Assembly: GCF_000143415.4 (NCBI RefSeq)
Contig: NW_003314292.1
Coordinates: forward strand, 252,590 to 316,589
From: Selaginella moellendorffii
Taxonomy: Eukaryota; Plantae; Lycopodiophyta
Direction: 5' to 3'
DNA: 64,000 nt
Position numbers and translations under genes: made by a program. The notes under the pieces were generated by a model that was given only the letters and a program-made list of their open reading frames with translations, had not been told where the DNA came from and made no database searches. This document shows, piece after piece, positions 23,112-33,467 of the stretch (within the stretch, counting starts at the first letter, position 1; each line of letters opens with the position of its first letter).

Positions 23112-24293
23112 ATGCTGCCGCGCCGCCGCATTCTCGCGCGGTGCTGCTCCTGGCGGCGAGATTCGCGGCGCGACAACCGGCGCCTGTCCTGGGAGGAGCG
23201 CGCCAACGCAATCTACCAGCGCGACAGGCACTGGGACAGGGCCGTGAGGTGCGAATCGGCGGCCAACATCGTGAGGAAGGTGATGGCGGTGCTCGAGTCG
23301 CGCGACGCGAGCATCATGAGCCTGGAAGACCTCTCGCGCTCCAAGGCCAAGCGGCGCAAGAAGGAGATCATCCGCGAGGTGGCCGCGCGCTTCCCTCTCG
23401 TCTTTAAATTCCGGAGGGACGACGACGGCGAGTTTTGGGTGGAGCTCACGCCCGCGGCCGAGGAGATCTTGCGCCAGGAGCACGCCGCCATCGCGCAGCA
23501 CGACGACATGGAATCGCTCGCCAAGCTCAAGAAGCTCCTGATGATGGCGCGCGACCACCGCATTGGAATGGAGAAGCTCGGCCATCTCAAGCACGATCTC
23601 TTCCTCCCGGACGATTTCAAGCGCCGCTTGATCCCCCAGCACCCGGAGAGCTTCCGGATCATCCCCGCCACCACCACCACCACTCCCAAAAGCCTGGGAT
23701 ACGTCGAGCTCGTCGGCTGGGAGCCCGGGCTGGCAGTGACCGCTCGCGAGCTCTCGGCACCGGTCCAAGCACCCCACGCCTTCCAAGTCGATGCTCGGGG
23801 CCAGCAGCTCGACCACCCCCGCGTCCAGCGCTTCCAGGAGCTCCCATTCTTCTCGCCATACGAGGACCCCGGGAGGATCGAGTGGAAGAGCCTCGAGGCC
23901 GAGAAGCGAGCGCTGGCAGTGCTGCACGAACTCCTGAGCTTGATGCCGATGAAGAAGGCCGTCGTTGGTCGCTTGAATCTCATCCAAAAGGAGCTCCAGC
24001 TGCCGGCAAAGTACTTGCATCTCGTCGGCCTCTACCCCTGGATCTTCTACGTCTCCAAAGTCATTCCCGAGAACAACACCATCTTTCTCCGCGAAGGCTT
24101 CGACCGATCCAGGCTGAGAGTCCCCAACCGGCTGTCCGCTGCCAGGGACGACCTCCTCCGCCTCATGGAGACCGTCTACGAGAGAGAGCTCGGCGGACCA
24201 CCTCGGACAGTGACGCTGGAGATCGCCGACGAGGACAAGGAAGATATCGACGATTTCTTCGTGGGTTTTCTTGGTAACCTCCGGGACTTGTAG
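23112..24293 (+). CDS. PORR-domain (WTF1/RPD1-like) organellar RNA-binding protein 1
   Basis: KLKKLLMM, HLKHDLFLPDDF, FQELPFFSPYED, EKRALAVLHELLSL, P.IFYVS. Confidence 0.9.
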   Translation: MLPRRRILARCCSWRRDSRRDNRRLSWEERANAIYQRDRHWDRAVRCESAANIVRKVMAVLESRDASIMSLEDLSRSKAKRRKKEIIREVAARFPLVFKFRRDDDGEFWVELTPAAEEILRQEHAAIAQHDDMESLAKLKKLLMMARDHRIGMEKLGHLKHDLFLPDDFKRRLIPQHPESFRIIPATTTTTPKSLGYVELVGWEPGLAVTARELSAPVQAPHAFQVDARGQQLDHPRVQRFQELPFFSPYEDPGRIEWKSLEAEKRALAVLHELLSLMPMKKAVVGRLNLIQKELQLPAKYLHLVGLYPWIFYVSKVIPENNTIFLREGFDRSRLRVPNRLSAARDDLLRLMETVYERELGGPPRTVTLEIADEDKEDIDDFFVGFLGNLRDL

Positions 24294-24328
24294 GGCGGTA
24301 AGTTCTCCTCCTCCTGGATCCTGGAAAG

Positions 24329-25399
24329 ATGTCCCCGTTGAGAGTGGCGGCGCAGAGGTTTCTTCGAACTGGGTCCTTGATGCAAACCGTCGAGGAGAAT
24401 GCGGTCGAGTTTCTCATCCCGCCCACCCATCGAGTCAAGGTACTGGATCAAGTGGCTCTCGAGGACCGCCGGATCGAGGCCGTGAAGCAGCTTGTAAGCC
24501 TGGTTGCCGAGCAGGAAGCCCAAGTTCTCATGCTGAAGAAGCGGGACACTAACCGAGATACGCTACTGGGAGTTGCCACCAAGTACCCGGGCGTGTTCCA
24601 GGTTCACGACGAGCAGGACGGCCTCGGCAAGTTCATCTCGGGAACCAAGTACATCGACCTTACTCCCGAGATGGACAAGCTTTACAGGGACGAGCTCCGA
24701 GTGATCAAGTCGCGGGACGAGCTCCTGTCAGTAAACATCGTCAGGAAGCTGCTGATGATGGCTGTAGAGCAGGAGATATCACTCACCAAGATTTCGTGGC
24801 TGGCGGCCGACTTTGGCCTTCCTCGAGACTTGGACACCGGCCTGGTCCACAGGTACCCGAAGTTTTTCAATGTGAGAGAGACCAACCGGGGTCCGGTGCT
24901 CAAGCTTGCGTCTTGGGACCAGGATCTCACGGTGACGAGCAGAGAGAAGACGTTGCTGTTTAGCCGGGCCTTCCCAAAGACGGGCTTTCATCTGGTCGAG
25001 CGTCCCCGGCGTCGAGGCTCCAAAACCTTCCAGAGGTTGGAGTTTCGGTCCCCTTACGAGCCTTGGCAGAAGCCGAACGTCAGCAAAGGATCCCCGGTTG
25101 TCGAGAAGAGACACATCGGTGTCGTTCACGAGGTGCTCAGCCTGCTACCGAGGAAGAGGATTGCTCTCTCCAAGCTGACGCTGTTGAGGGCCGAGATGAA
25201 TTTGCCGAAGACGTTCTGCTCGTATCTGGTGAGACACCCCGGCATTTTTTACGTGAGCGGTGCCGTCGAGCCTCCACTGGTTTTCTTGAGAGAGGCCTTC
25301 TTCCAGAACGAGCTCAAGTTCAAAGGTCCCGAGGATTTCATCCGCGACAGGTACCTGATCCTCATGCAGCGCCAACCGGTCCTTGACGAGACCAGCTGA
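24329..25399 (+). CDS. PORR-domain protein 2
   Basis: RKLLMM, DFGLPRD, FQRLEFRSPYE, EKRHIGVVHEVLSL, RHPGIFYVS, VFLREAF. Confidence 0.88.
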   Translation: MSPLRVAAQRFLRTGSLMQTVEENAVEFLIPPTHRVKVLDQVALEDRRIEAVKQLVSLVAEQEAQVLMLKKRDTNRDTLLGVATKYPGVFQVHDEQDGLGKFISGTKYIDLTPEMDKLYRDELRVIKSRDELLSVNIVRKLLMMAVEQEISLTKISWLAADFGLPRDLDTGLVHRYPKFFNVRETNRGPVLKLASWDQDLTVTSREKTLLFSRAFPKTGFHLVERPRRRGSKTFQRLEFRSPYEPWQKPNVSKGSPVVEKRHIGVVHEVLSLLPRKRIALSKLTLLRAEMNLPKTFCSYLVRHPGIFYVSGAVEPPLVFLREAFFQNELKFKGPEDFIRDRYLILMQRQPVLDETS

Positions 25400-25430
25400 G
25401 AAAAAAATCGTTGTTCGCCTCTCGAGCTGC

Positions 25431-27515
25431 TTAGAAGAATGGATCGTTGAAACCGTCGAATGGTTTCTTCTCCCAGAATGGTTTGGACACGCGCTTCTTC
25501 CTCTTTCGTTCCAGCGGCGGCTCCTCCTGCGGACTGGGCTGAAGTGCCTTCCAGCTCCAGGAATCACCACCACCTCCTCCACCGATACTGACTTGTCGCC
25601 TTTCGTCGTCAGAGTTTTCGTCATCGCTACAAAATCCCAGCTTCGCTCCCAGACTTGGCTGCTTTCCAGGTGTTACAGAAACATCTTTCGGACTTTCATC
25701 CTCGTCATCGAAGCCCAGTTGCAAAAATATCTCTGAATCTGGTACTCTATCTTCAACAGCTGTTGCAGGCGCTACCGATTGTCTTCCTTCTTCGTCGGAT
25801 TTCTCGTCGTCACTGAAAAGTCCGAGCTTCTTCAGGATGACAGCTCGAGAACGAGGATTGGCACCATTCGTCAGCGGTGCATTTGCTCCCTTGACAGGAT
25901 CCACTACTGTTGCTGCTTCGACCACCTCGGCAACTTTAGCCTGTGACACGTCTCCTTGACGAGTTTGTAGAGCGCATCCTTGCGGAGCCGGAGGAAATGG
26001 GAAGCTCCAACCAGTTTCCGACACTGGCTGCCGTGGCGCGACAAAGCTTTCCGCACAGATGCCTCTCACTTCCCTCGGACGGCTCTCCCTGAACACCCTG
26101 AAGTCCATAAGCCTGCCAAACTCTTGCTTGATGGTGAAGAGAGGATGCTTCTCAATAAGTTGGCCCTTCCGGTAGTACTCCTTGAGGAAGACGACGTGCC
26201 GATCGCCCCTCATGCTCACGTAGAAGATGTGAGGGAAGCGGCAGAGCATGTCTTCCAGCTTCTGGGGAAGACCAAGATCACGAGTGAAGAACCCGACGTG
26301 ATCTACGTACGCTTTCTTCTCGACTGTCAAGCTGAGGAACTCGTGAAAGATGGCAACCACACGCTTCTGTCCTTCCATGGACCGGAGGTCGAGCTCGGCG
26401 ACAGCCTCGTAGGGGCTTGGGAACGGAAGCCGCTGGAAGCTCAAGATCCTCTTCAGAATGCTACGGTGGAGAACGGTGTGTGGCTCAACGCAGATCCTGA
26501 AGCTGTACTTGTCACGATCTCCAGCCTTGCCGCCACCTTTCATCCTTTGGTTGAGCTCTCTGGTGGTAACAGCGAGAGCTTTATCGTATGCTGCTAGCTC
26601 CAAGTAAGCTCCGGTGACCGTAAAGTACTGCGGATACTTTGGCAGGATGGCCGTCTTAAAGTTGTCAGGCATCCACAAGCTCGATCGTATGTGAGAGAGC
26701 TTCGTGAGAAGAACTCGATGCGCGGGCACCATCATCAAGATCTTCCTCAGGTTCCGGACGATGAGAGGCTCGTGGTATTCCCTCATAACTTTTTCTTCCT
26801 GGTCGATCAGGAGCTCCGCCTTCTCTGTAAACTCGAGCCATCTTACTCGCCTGTCCTCCTGGTCGCTGGAGATCTTAAAAACTCCTGGGAAGCTATTGAC
26901 GAAATCCGCAAAGAGCTTGGCCTTTGGAAAGCCGAGGTCTCTGGCTAGCCTAGTAAACTCCGTGGACGGTATCACATGCCCATCTCTGGACGCTAGAATG
27001 AGCTTCACGTTCCATACCATTCGCATTCTCGTCTCCCGCCGGAGATGGACGTCCAGAGCTGCAATCTTTGGCCTCTGGCTGAGCTGCTTAGCTCGGATCT
27101 GCTTTCTGACCTTCTTGGCGAAGTTCTTCCTGGCCCTTGCCATGCTCTTCTTTGCTCCTCCCATGAATCTCTTTTGGATTCTCCACGGAGTGCTCGAGAC
27201 AGTGGGAAATATCTGGGGCACAAGCAATCTCGCGGCCCCAGCACATGGAAATACTCGACCGCAGCAGTGTAGCCGACGATTTTGCGACGAGAAGATCGTT
27301 CGAAGAGGCAATGGCGATCCATCCCGAATCGATCTTGCTGCTCCAGACCCTGGAAATATTCCAGCGCAGCCGTGTAGCAGGCGATCCCCGGGCGAAAATG
27401 CTGGACGGGGAGGCGACGGAGCTCCATCTCGCAGCGATCTAGGGCATGGCAGGAGGAGCCTCCGCGCGCCTAGGCGCTGCATTCTCCCATACCTCTCGGC
27501 GCCATTCCATGCCAT
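25431..27515 (-). CDS. PORR-domain protein 3 with acidic C-terminal repeats
   Basis: LRKILMM, FQRLPFPSPYE, KRVVAIFHEFLSLTVEK, PHIFYVS, VFLKEYY. Confidence 0.9.
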   Translation of the reverse strand: MAWNGAERYGRMQRLGARRLLLPCPRSLRDGAPSPPRPAFSPGDRLLHGCAGIFPGSGAARSIRDGSPLPLRTIFSSQNRRLHCCGRVFPCAGAARLLVPQIFPTVSSTPWRIQKRFMGGAKKSMARARKNFAKKVRKQIRAKQLSQRPKIAALDVHLRRETRMRMVWNVKLILASRDGHVIPSTEFTRLARDLGFPKAKLFADFVNSFPGVFKISSDQEDRRVRWLEFTEKAELLIDQEEKVMREYHEPLIVRNLRKILMMVPAHRVLLTKLSHIRSSLWMPDNFKTAILPKYPQYFTVTGAYLELAAYDKALAVTTRELNQRMKGGGKAGDRDKYSFRICVEPHTVLHRSILKRILSFQRLPFPSPYEAVAELDLRSMEGQKRVVAIFHEFLSLTVEKKAYVDHVGFFTRDLGLPQKLEDMLCRFPHIFYVSMRGDRHVVFLKEYYRKGQLIEKHPLFTIKQEFGRLMDFRVFRESRPREVRGICAESFVAPRQPVSETGWSFPFPPAPQGCALQTRQGDVSQAKVAEVVEAATVVDPVKGANAPLTNGANPRSRAVILKKLGLFSDDEKSDEEGRQSVAPATAVEDRVPDSEIFLQLGFDDEDESPKDVSVTPGKQPSLGAKLGFCSDDENSDDERRQVSIGGGGGGDSWSWKALQPSPQEEPPLERKRKKRVSKPFWEKKPFDGFNDPFF

Positions 27516-27930
27516 AAACCCTTAGGGCACCCAAAGGTTTTACTCTGTTACCGATAATATTCTAAAGAATATCCCCTGGCAGAGAATATACGATTGGGCA
27601 TATTACCGCACAGCAAGAGAGCATAGAGTTCCTCTTCTCCGTTTCTTCCGCTGCTTTGGCGCCGTAGTAGCTACTAGCCGTTCTTTGATCGATTCCTCCC
27701 TTTTCCCCAGATTCCTCCTCAAGTAGGCGCTCCAGCGCGAGAGATTCTAGCGGCGCTAGCGAATTTCTTCCCCGATTGTCTGCCGGGAGTGGCGAAACTC
27801 GTGGCGCATTGCAGATATTTCGAGGCCGTCGGCGAAGAGCGCGTGGATCGATATTTCTTGGCATTTTTCCCTTGTTCTAGGCTAGGTCGAGCAAGCGCGC
27901 GGCGAGAGGGGTGGGATTTCGGGAGAATCG

Positions 27931-29649
27931 ATGGAGCAAGGGCTATGGGTGTGCGATTCGTGTACGTTCCACAATGCGGCGGTCCAGCGCGTGTGTGCTA
28001 TGTGCGCCCAGCTCCGGACGACGCAGGGAATGCACTACTTTGGAGATCTCTACAGGGCATCGACGAGCGCGGCCGCCGATGCTGCTTCCACCGCCGCCTC
28101 CTCCACGCCGGAGAGGTCGAATGGCTTCTCCGTGTGTAGCGTCCCTCGCCTCGTCGCGGGGGCTCTCTCGGGAGCGCTCACGGGGATGTTCGCCATAGGT
28201 AAGTCTTAGAACGTAAAATTTTTGATCGATCGACTTAAGATCCAATTGTGTTTGATTTTTTGTTTGTTTCTCTTCAGTGGGAGCTCTCACTGGAGCAGTG
28301 ACTGGCGCTGTGGCGGGGCGGGCGACTGATAGTGGGCTGATTCGTGGAGCTGGGCTTGGGGCCGTCGCTGGAGCCGTGCTCTCGGTGGAGTTTCTCGAGG
28401 CTTCTCGTGCTTACTGGCACTCTGAGCGATCCGGTTCACGATCCAGGGCGTCACTGGTGAGTCTTTCTTCCACTCGTTTATTTCTCTTGGCTTCTCTTTT
28501 GGAAATCTCACGTGTGGTCTGGGCTTGCATTTCATCCGATCGTGAAAGGAAACTCATGCATTCTTCCTGGCTGGGATATCGTTATGTTCTTTGCTTGGAT
28601 TGCTCGGGCAAGTTTAAAGTTTTGGTTTTGCTGCTTTGCTTGCTCGCTTTTGCTCGCTCGCTTTTGCCTTCCAGCTAGCTTTCCTGTCGTCGTTTTCGTT
28701 CGTTGCTTGCTGCGATATCTTTCGCACAAGTTTGGATAAAGGTGTGATCTTTGCTCGTCTCCTTGCGTTTCTTGTTTCTTCTCTTTTCACTTCTCGGGTG
28801 TTACGTCCTTTTGTGCGCTTGTAGGCAGAGTTTGTGGAGGACGTCTTAAACGGCAGGTTCATGCACGATCAGGTTGGCCCAGCATTATTGACTGCACACC
28901 ATTGGCAGGTTTTTTGTGCTTTTTTTTCCAGAGAGAAAAAAAAATTCTTCTCTTTTTTCCGAGGAGAAAAGTAGCAATAGCTATAGATAGATAGATCTCA
29001 GATCATCAGGAACTTTTGGATTGCTTTCTGCCGTGGCTAACTCAAGCAAATTCCAGGTGAACATTGACGACATGACTTACGACGAGCTGTACGACATGTT
29101 TGGCCCCGCCGAAGGGACCAAAGGAGCGTCCGAGGCTTGTCTCAAGGAGCTCCCATGGCACACGGTGACCACCGAGAACTGTGTGGATGGCTTCGGCGAC
29201 TTTGTGTGCTGCGCGATATGCTTACAAGTAAGCGCACGCCTATCCCGATATCTCCTTTCGCTTTCGCAGAATTTACTATCGCAGAGATAGAGTGCAGAGC
29301 CATGCTTGCTTGCTCGCTTTCCTTTTCTTCGCCATGGTTTCTTGTGTTTCGTGCATTCAATGCTGGTGGGTCTGTCACTCCGGGGATCATTTAAGTCGCT
29401 GCTTGAGTTGGAGTGATCGACTGATTGTTCGTGCCTGGCGTCTGTTTGAATCGATGGATCGACCACTAAAGCTCGAACTTTTGTGCTCTTTTTTCGCTGC
29501 TCTGTTGGGGAAAAAAAAAACTCTAGGAGCTTCAAGGTGGGGAGATTGCGAGGTGTTTGCCACACTGCCAACACACGTACCATATGGACTGTGTCGATAA
29601 ATGGCTGGCGAGACATGGCTCTTGTCCTGTGTGTCGGCAGGGAATCTGA
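27931..29649 (+). CDS. NEP1-interacting-protein-like RING-H2 E3 ligase with N-terminal RanBP2/NZF zinc finger
   Basis: [14 protein letters not shown]; Gly-rich [30 protein letters not shown]; CAICLQ...[26 protein letters not shown]; multi-exon. Confidence 0.88.
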
Positions 29650-29825
29650 CGGGATGCGCTCCCAGAATATGCCCTGACCCAACTGTACATAGTTTCATTC
29701 CTCCGCAGGGATTTTTTTGTGTATTCCAGTGCTATCGCGATGGCCGGATGCGTTTAATTAAAGCATTGTTAGTCTAATCATGGTCTTGATTCCCTCCAAG
29801 CTTAATATTTCTAGGGCTTTTGGGC

Positions 29826-31603
29826 ATGGCGTGGGCGGATCTTCTCCAGTCCCCCTCCGCCGCAACGGTGAGCGCCGCGCTGTGGGTTCTTGATCGATGT
29901 AGTGATTGCGGATGGTTATGATCGGCAGGGAGCGGCTCTTGTGGGATTCTTGAGCTTGCTCGCATTGCTGGAGGCTGTTCTTCCCGGGCAGCGCGTGTCT
30001 GGGGTGGAATTGGCGGACGGGACGCGGATAATCTACAAATGCAATGGTCAGATCGATTGCATTTCGAGCTTCTTTTCTGATTTCTTGCTGGGAATGTAGG
30101 TTTGCTGTCGCTTGTGGTGCTCTTGGCGCTCCTGGGAGCGGCGGTTCCTCCAACGGTGCGTATGCTTAGCAATGCGGTACTTTGGTGGAAGTGGAATATT
30201 TTTTCTATAATCTGACATGATGGGAGCTTAGGTTCTTGCGGATCGTGGACCGGAGCTATTCTCGACAACTTTGACACTTTGTGTCCTGGTAAGCGATGAT
30301 AAGAGGATTTCTTACGTTGACTCAAAAGCTACTTTCAGCTGTCGATTGTTCTATGCCTGGCTGGCTACGCATCCAAAAGTCCAAGCAGCTCTTTGAAATG
30401 CCAGTCTTCCGGAAATGCTCTTCACGACTGGTAATGGTGTTTGAGATTTCTAGTGAGCAGTAGTAACTTGATGCGTAATGCTACAGGTGGCTTGGGCTTC
30501 AACTAAATCCTCAGTTTCTTAGCATTGACATCAAGTATGTTGCTTTTCCTTTCTCTTTCTTTCGTTTCTTTCGTTCATAGAATCCTCATGGTGATTGTTG
30601 CAGATTTTTCTGGATAAAGGCTGGAATGATCAGCTGGCTCCTGATAAATTTTTCAATCGCAAGCAAGCAGATCGAACAGGCCGGATTCCTGACTCTTCCA
30701 ATGGCTTTATACCAAGTTTTCTGCACGGTAAGACGGTGCATTTGATGCTTTACAGTGCGTAATTTATGCTTCTGCTTGGTACAGATCTACGTGCTGGATT
30801 TTTTGTGGTACGAAGAATACATGACCTCAACGTGCGTACTTGTGCTTTACTTCACAAGAGTATCTGAGACTTTAATTTTCACTTTGTCTGCAGGTGGGAC
30901 ATTATTGCGGAGAAGTTTGGCTTCATGCTAATTTTTGGTGACATGGTTTGGATTCCCTTTACGTTTAGCATCCAGGTATGGATTTTGTGAAGCATAATGG
31001 GGCCCCATGCAAGTATATGTAGGGATGGTGGCTGCTTCATAACAATGCGGAAATCACTCGAATGGCTGCATTTTTAAATGCTCTTGTCTTCTTGGCAGGG
31101 TATTGTTTCTCCAGTTTTACTTATTACGCTGAAGCTTGATTGTTCCAGGTATGCAATATTTAGAGGTGCAAACAAGCAAAAGCACGAGTTCAAGAAGAAC
31201 CCAAAGGCTCCAATATGGGGGAAACCACCTGTTCTCATCGGAGGAAAACTTCTCGTCTCTGGATACTGGTGAGTAATAAATGTAGACAGAATTCCACCTC
31301 ACATTTGTCGAATTTATAAAGGGGGATTGCAAGACACTGCAACTATCTAGGCGATTTGCTTCTGGCTTTATCGTTTAGTCTTCCTTGCGGGACCAGGTAC
31401 CTGGCATAGCTATGTCGATCAATTCTCAAACTTTGTTTTCTCTGTGCAGCTCGATAGTTCCATATTTCTACCCCATCTATTTGTTCATTCTTCTCGTCTG
31501 GAGAGAGCGACGAGACGAAGCAAGATGCAGAGCCAAGTACAAAGCTGTGTGGGAAGAATACTGCAAGGCGGTGCCATGGAGAATTTTCCCCAGGATCTAT
31601 TGA
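29826..31603 (+). CDS. FK: Delta14-sterol reductase (FACKEL/HYD2), multi-exon
   Basis: Exons encode [74 protein letters not shown] and VPWRI.P.IY. Confidence 0.92.
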
Positions 31604-31751
31604 TCAGTTAAGCTAAGGTCGCTTGAAAGCGACATTTGGAATCTCATGCCAGTCGACACGTGGAAAGGTTACGCTGGTTAGTTGTGGTGGAGGAGCGAGC
31701 ACAGGTTTCTTTAGCTAGACGCAGGTGTAGAGAACAGGAGAGGCTCCTGGG

Positions 31752-33199
31752 ATGTGGAAGCTGATTCTTGTGGGATGTGGGATCTGTGGAGCTTATTTTG
31801 CCGGAAGAGTGGGAGTTTGGAAGCTCAAGGAGCAGGTTGCAAAGAACGCAGCTGGGGCTGAATCGTCACCCATGACAGTCATTGCAAAAGGTGTTTTGTG
31901 CGTGCAGGATCACATCGGACCTTGGTCGGCCGCGGATGTTGTACTTGGTCTTGCGGCCATGGCAAAGGTAAGCTCTCTTTCTTTCGTATTGTTTACATTC
32001 TTGGAAGGAAGCTTATGGTTTGTGACAACTTGTAGATCACCGAAAACGATCCCATGGAAATTCCTGGTCATCCAAGTGAGTTAGCGAGCGATCCCGAATT
32101 TATGGTAAGAGCACAACACTGGAGAGCAATGGCTGAAGCCGTCTACGTCGCAGACCCGGCCTCGTTCTCGCTCTTCTCGCATCTGCCCGAGTCTTCCATA
32201 GTCACAGCCGTGTGGAATCCCGAGCAGGAGTCCATGCGGCCTGCGTTTGCTCTCTCAGTGGATCACTCGTATGGAGCACTGGTTCTCTCGGTACGTGGGA
32301 CTTCTCACGTGATTGACATCCTTGTCAGTGCAGGAGCCATGCCAGCTCCGTTCGAGTCCGGGCATGCACACGGCGGATTTGCTCGGGCGACAGACGCACT
32401 CCTGGAAGAAGTGAGGCCGCACATCCGGCAAGTTTTACAGGAGGACAGCTGCCTGGAGAAGCTGGTTATAGTCGGGCACAGCATGGGAGCAGCAGTGGGG
32501 ATCATGTGTGGACTGAAGCTGCGAGACGAGCACCGCAACCTCGAGTGCTGGGGCTTCTCGGTGCCGGCCAGCGTCAGCTTGGAGCTGGCCAAGGAGTGCG
32601 CCAGCTTCGCCACCTCCTTCGTCTGCTTGCACGACGTCGTCCCCCGATTCTCCGTGGCTTCCATCGAGGACCTCCGCAAGCGAGTGTGCAACTTCGACTG
32701 GAAGAGAGCCGACGAGATCGCCAACCACGACGAGGACTGGCAGAAGATCTCCAGGGCGGTGGACGCAATGCAGATGTTCCAGAGAGCCCAGGACAACGTG
32801 GACGATTTCGGAAGCAGGGTGTGCAGCGAGCTGAGCGGAGGTGGATCAAGCGAGCAAAAACAGGGAAGTTCTTGCGAGGAGGGAAAGTGCGAGGGTGAGA
32901 GCTCCATCGAGAAGAAGGGGCCCGTGGTTCTGTATCCGCCAGGGAGGCTGCTGGTTCTAAGCAGCAGTCCGCCAGGGTGTGGAGTAACTCCCGGCCAGCG
33001 ATCCGGCGTCGCCGAGCAGAGAAACTATGGAGCGTTTCCCACGTTCGAGCAGGCCAAGAATGTGGAGTGGACGATGCACGAGGCGTCGCCGGATGAGTTC
33101 TCGCAGATGATTCTCTCGCCGTGGGCTGTCTCGGATCATGTGCTGGGAAACGTTTGCGAGGGGATCAATTTCTTCGTGAAGAAGAATAGGAAGAAGTAA
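31752..33199 (+). CDS. Lipase class 3 (mono/diacylglycerol lipase-like) alpha/beta hydrolase
   Basis: VRGT, AHGGF, GHSMG nucleophile, HDVVPR, LYPPG and a DH motif; one intron at about 31968-32035. Confidence 0.88.
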
Positions 33200-33467
33200 G
33201 AGCGCGAATCTCAGAGCATATTCCAGGAATATTAAGTTTATAGGGTTTATAAAAGTTTGTGAGAGTATGCTAAGGTTTATTCTCTTTCCTGGAATATTAA
33301 ATAGCATATTCTAAGAATATTTAACTCTCTTAGCTATTTAAGCTTTTATTCTCTTAGCTCGCAGATCTCATCTCTGAGTCGTGAGTTTTCCGAACCTCAC
33401 CCTCAGAGAGCCCGTCCTGAAGAGCTCTTCATTGATGAAGAGCTTTGCAAGATGTTACAGGATTTCC

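Noticed and set aside
23088-24277. Long alternative-frame and antisense ORFs over PORR1 (likewise over Exo70, the oxidase and the lipase)
   Set aside because: Expected from high GC3 codon usage; no recognisable motifs
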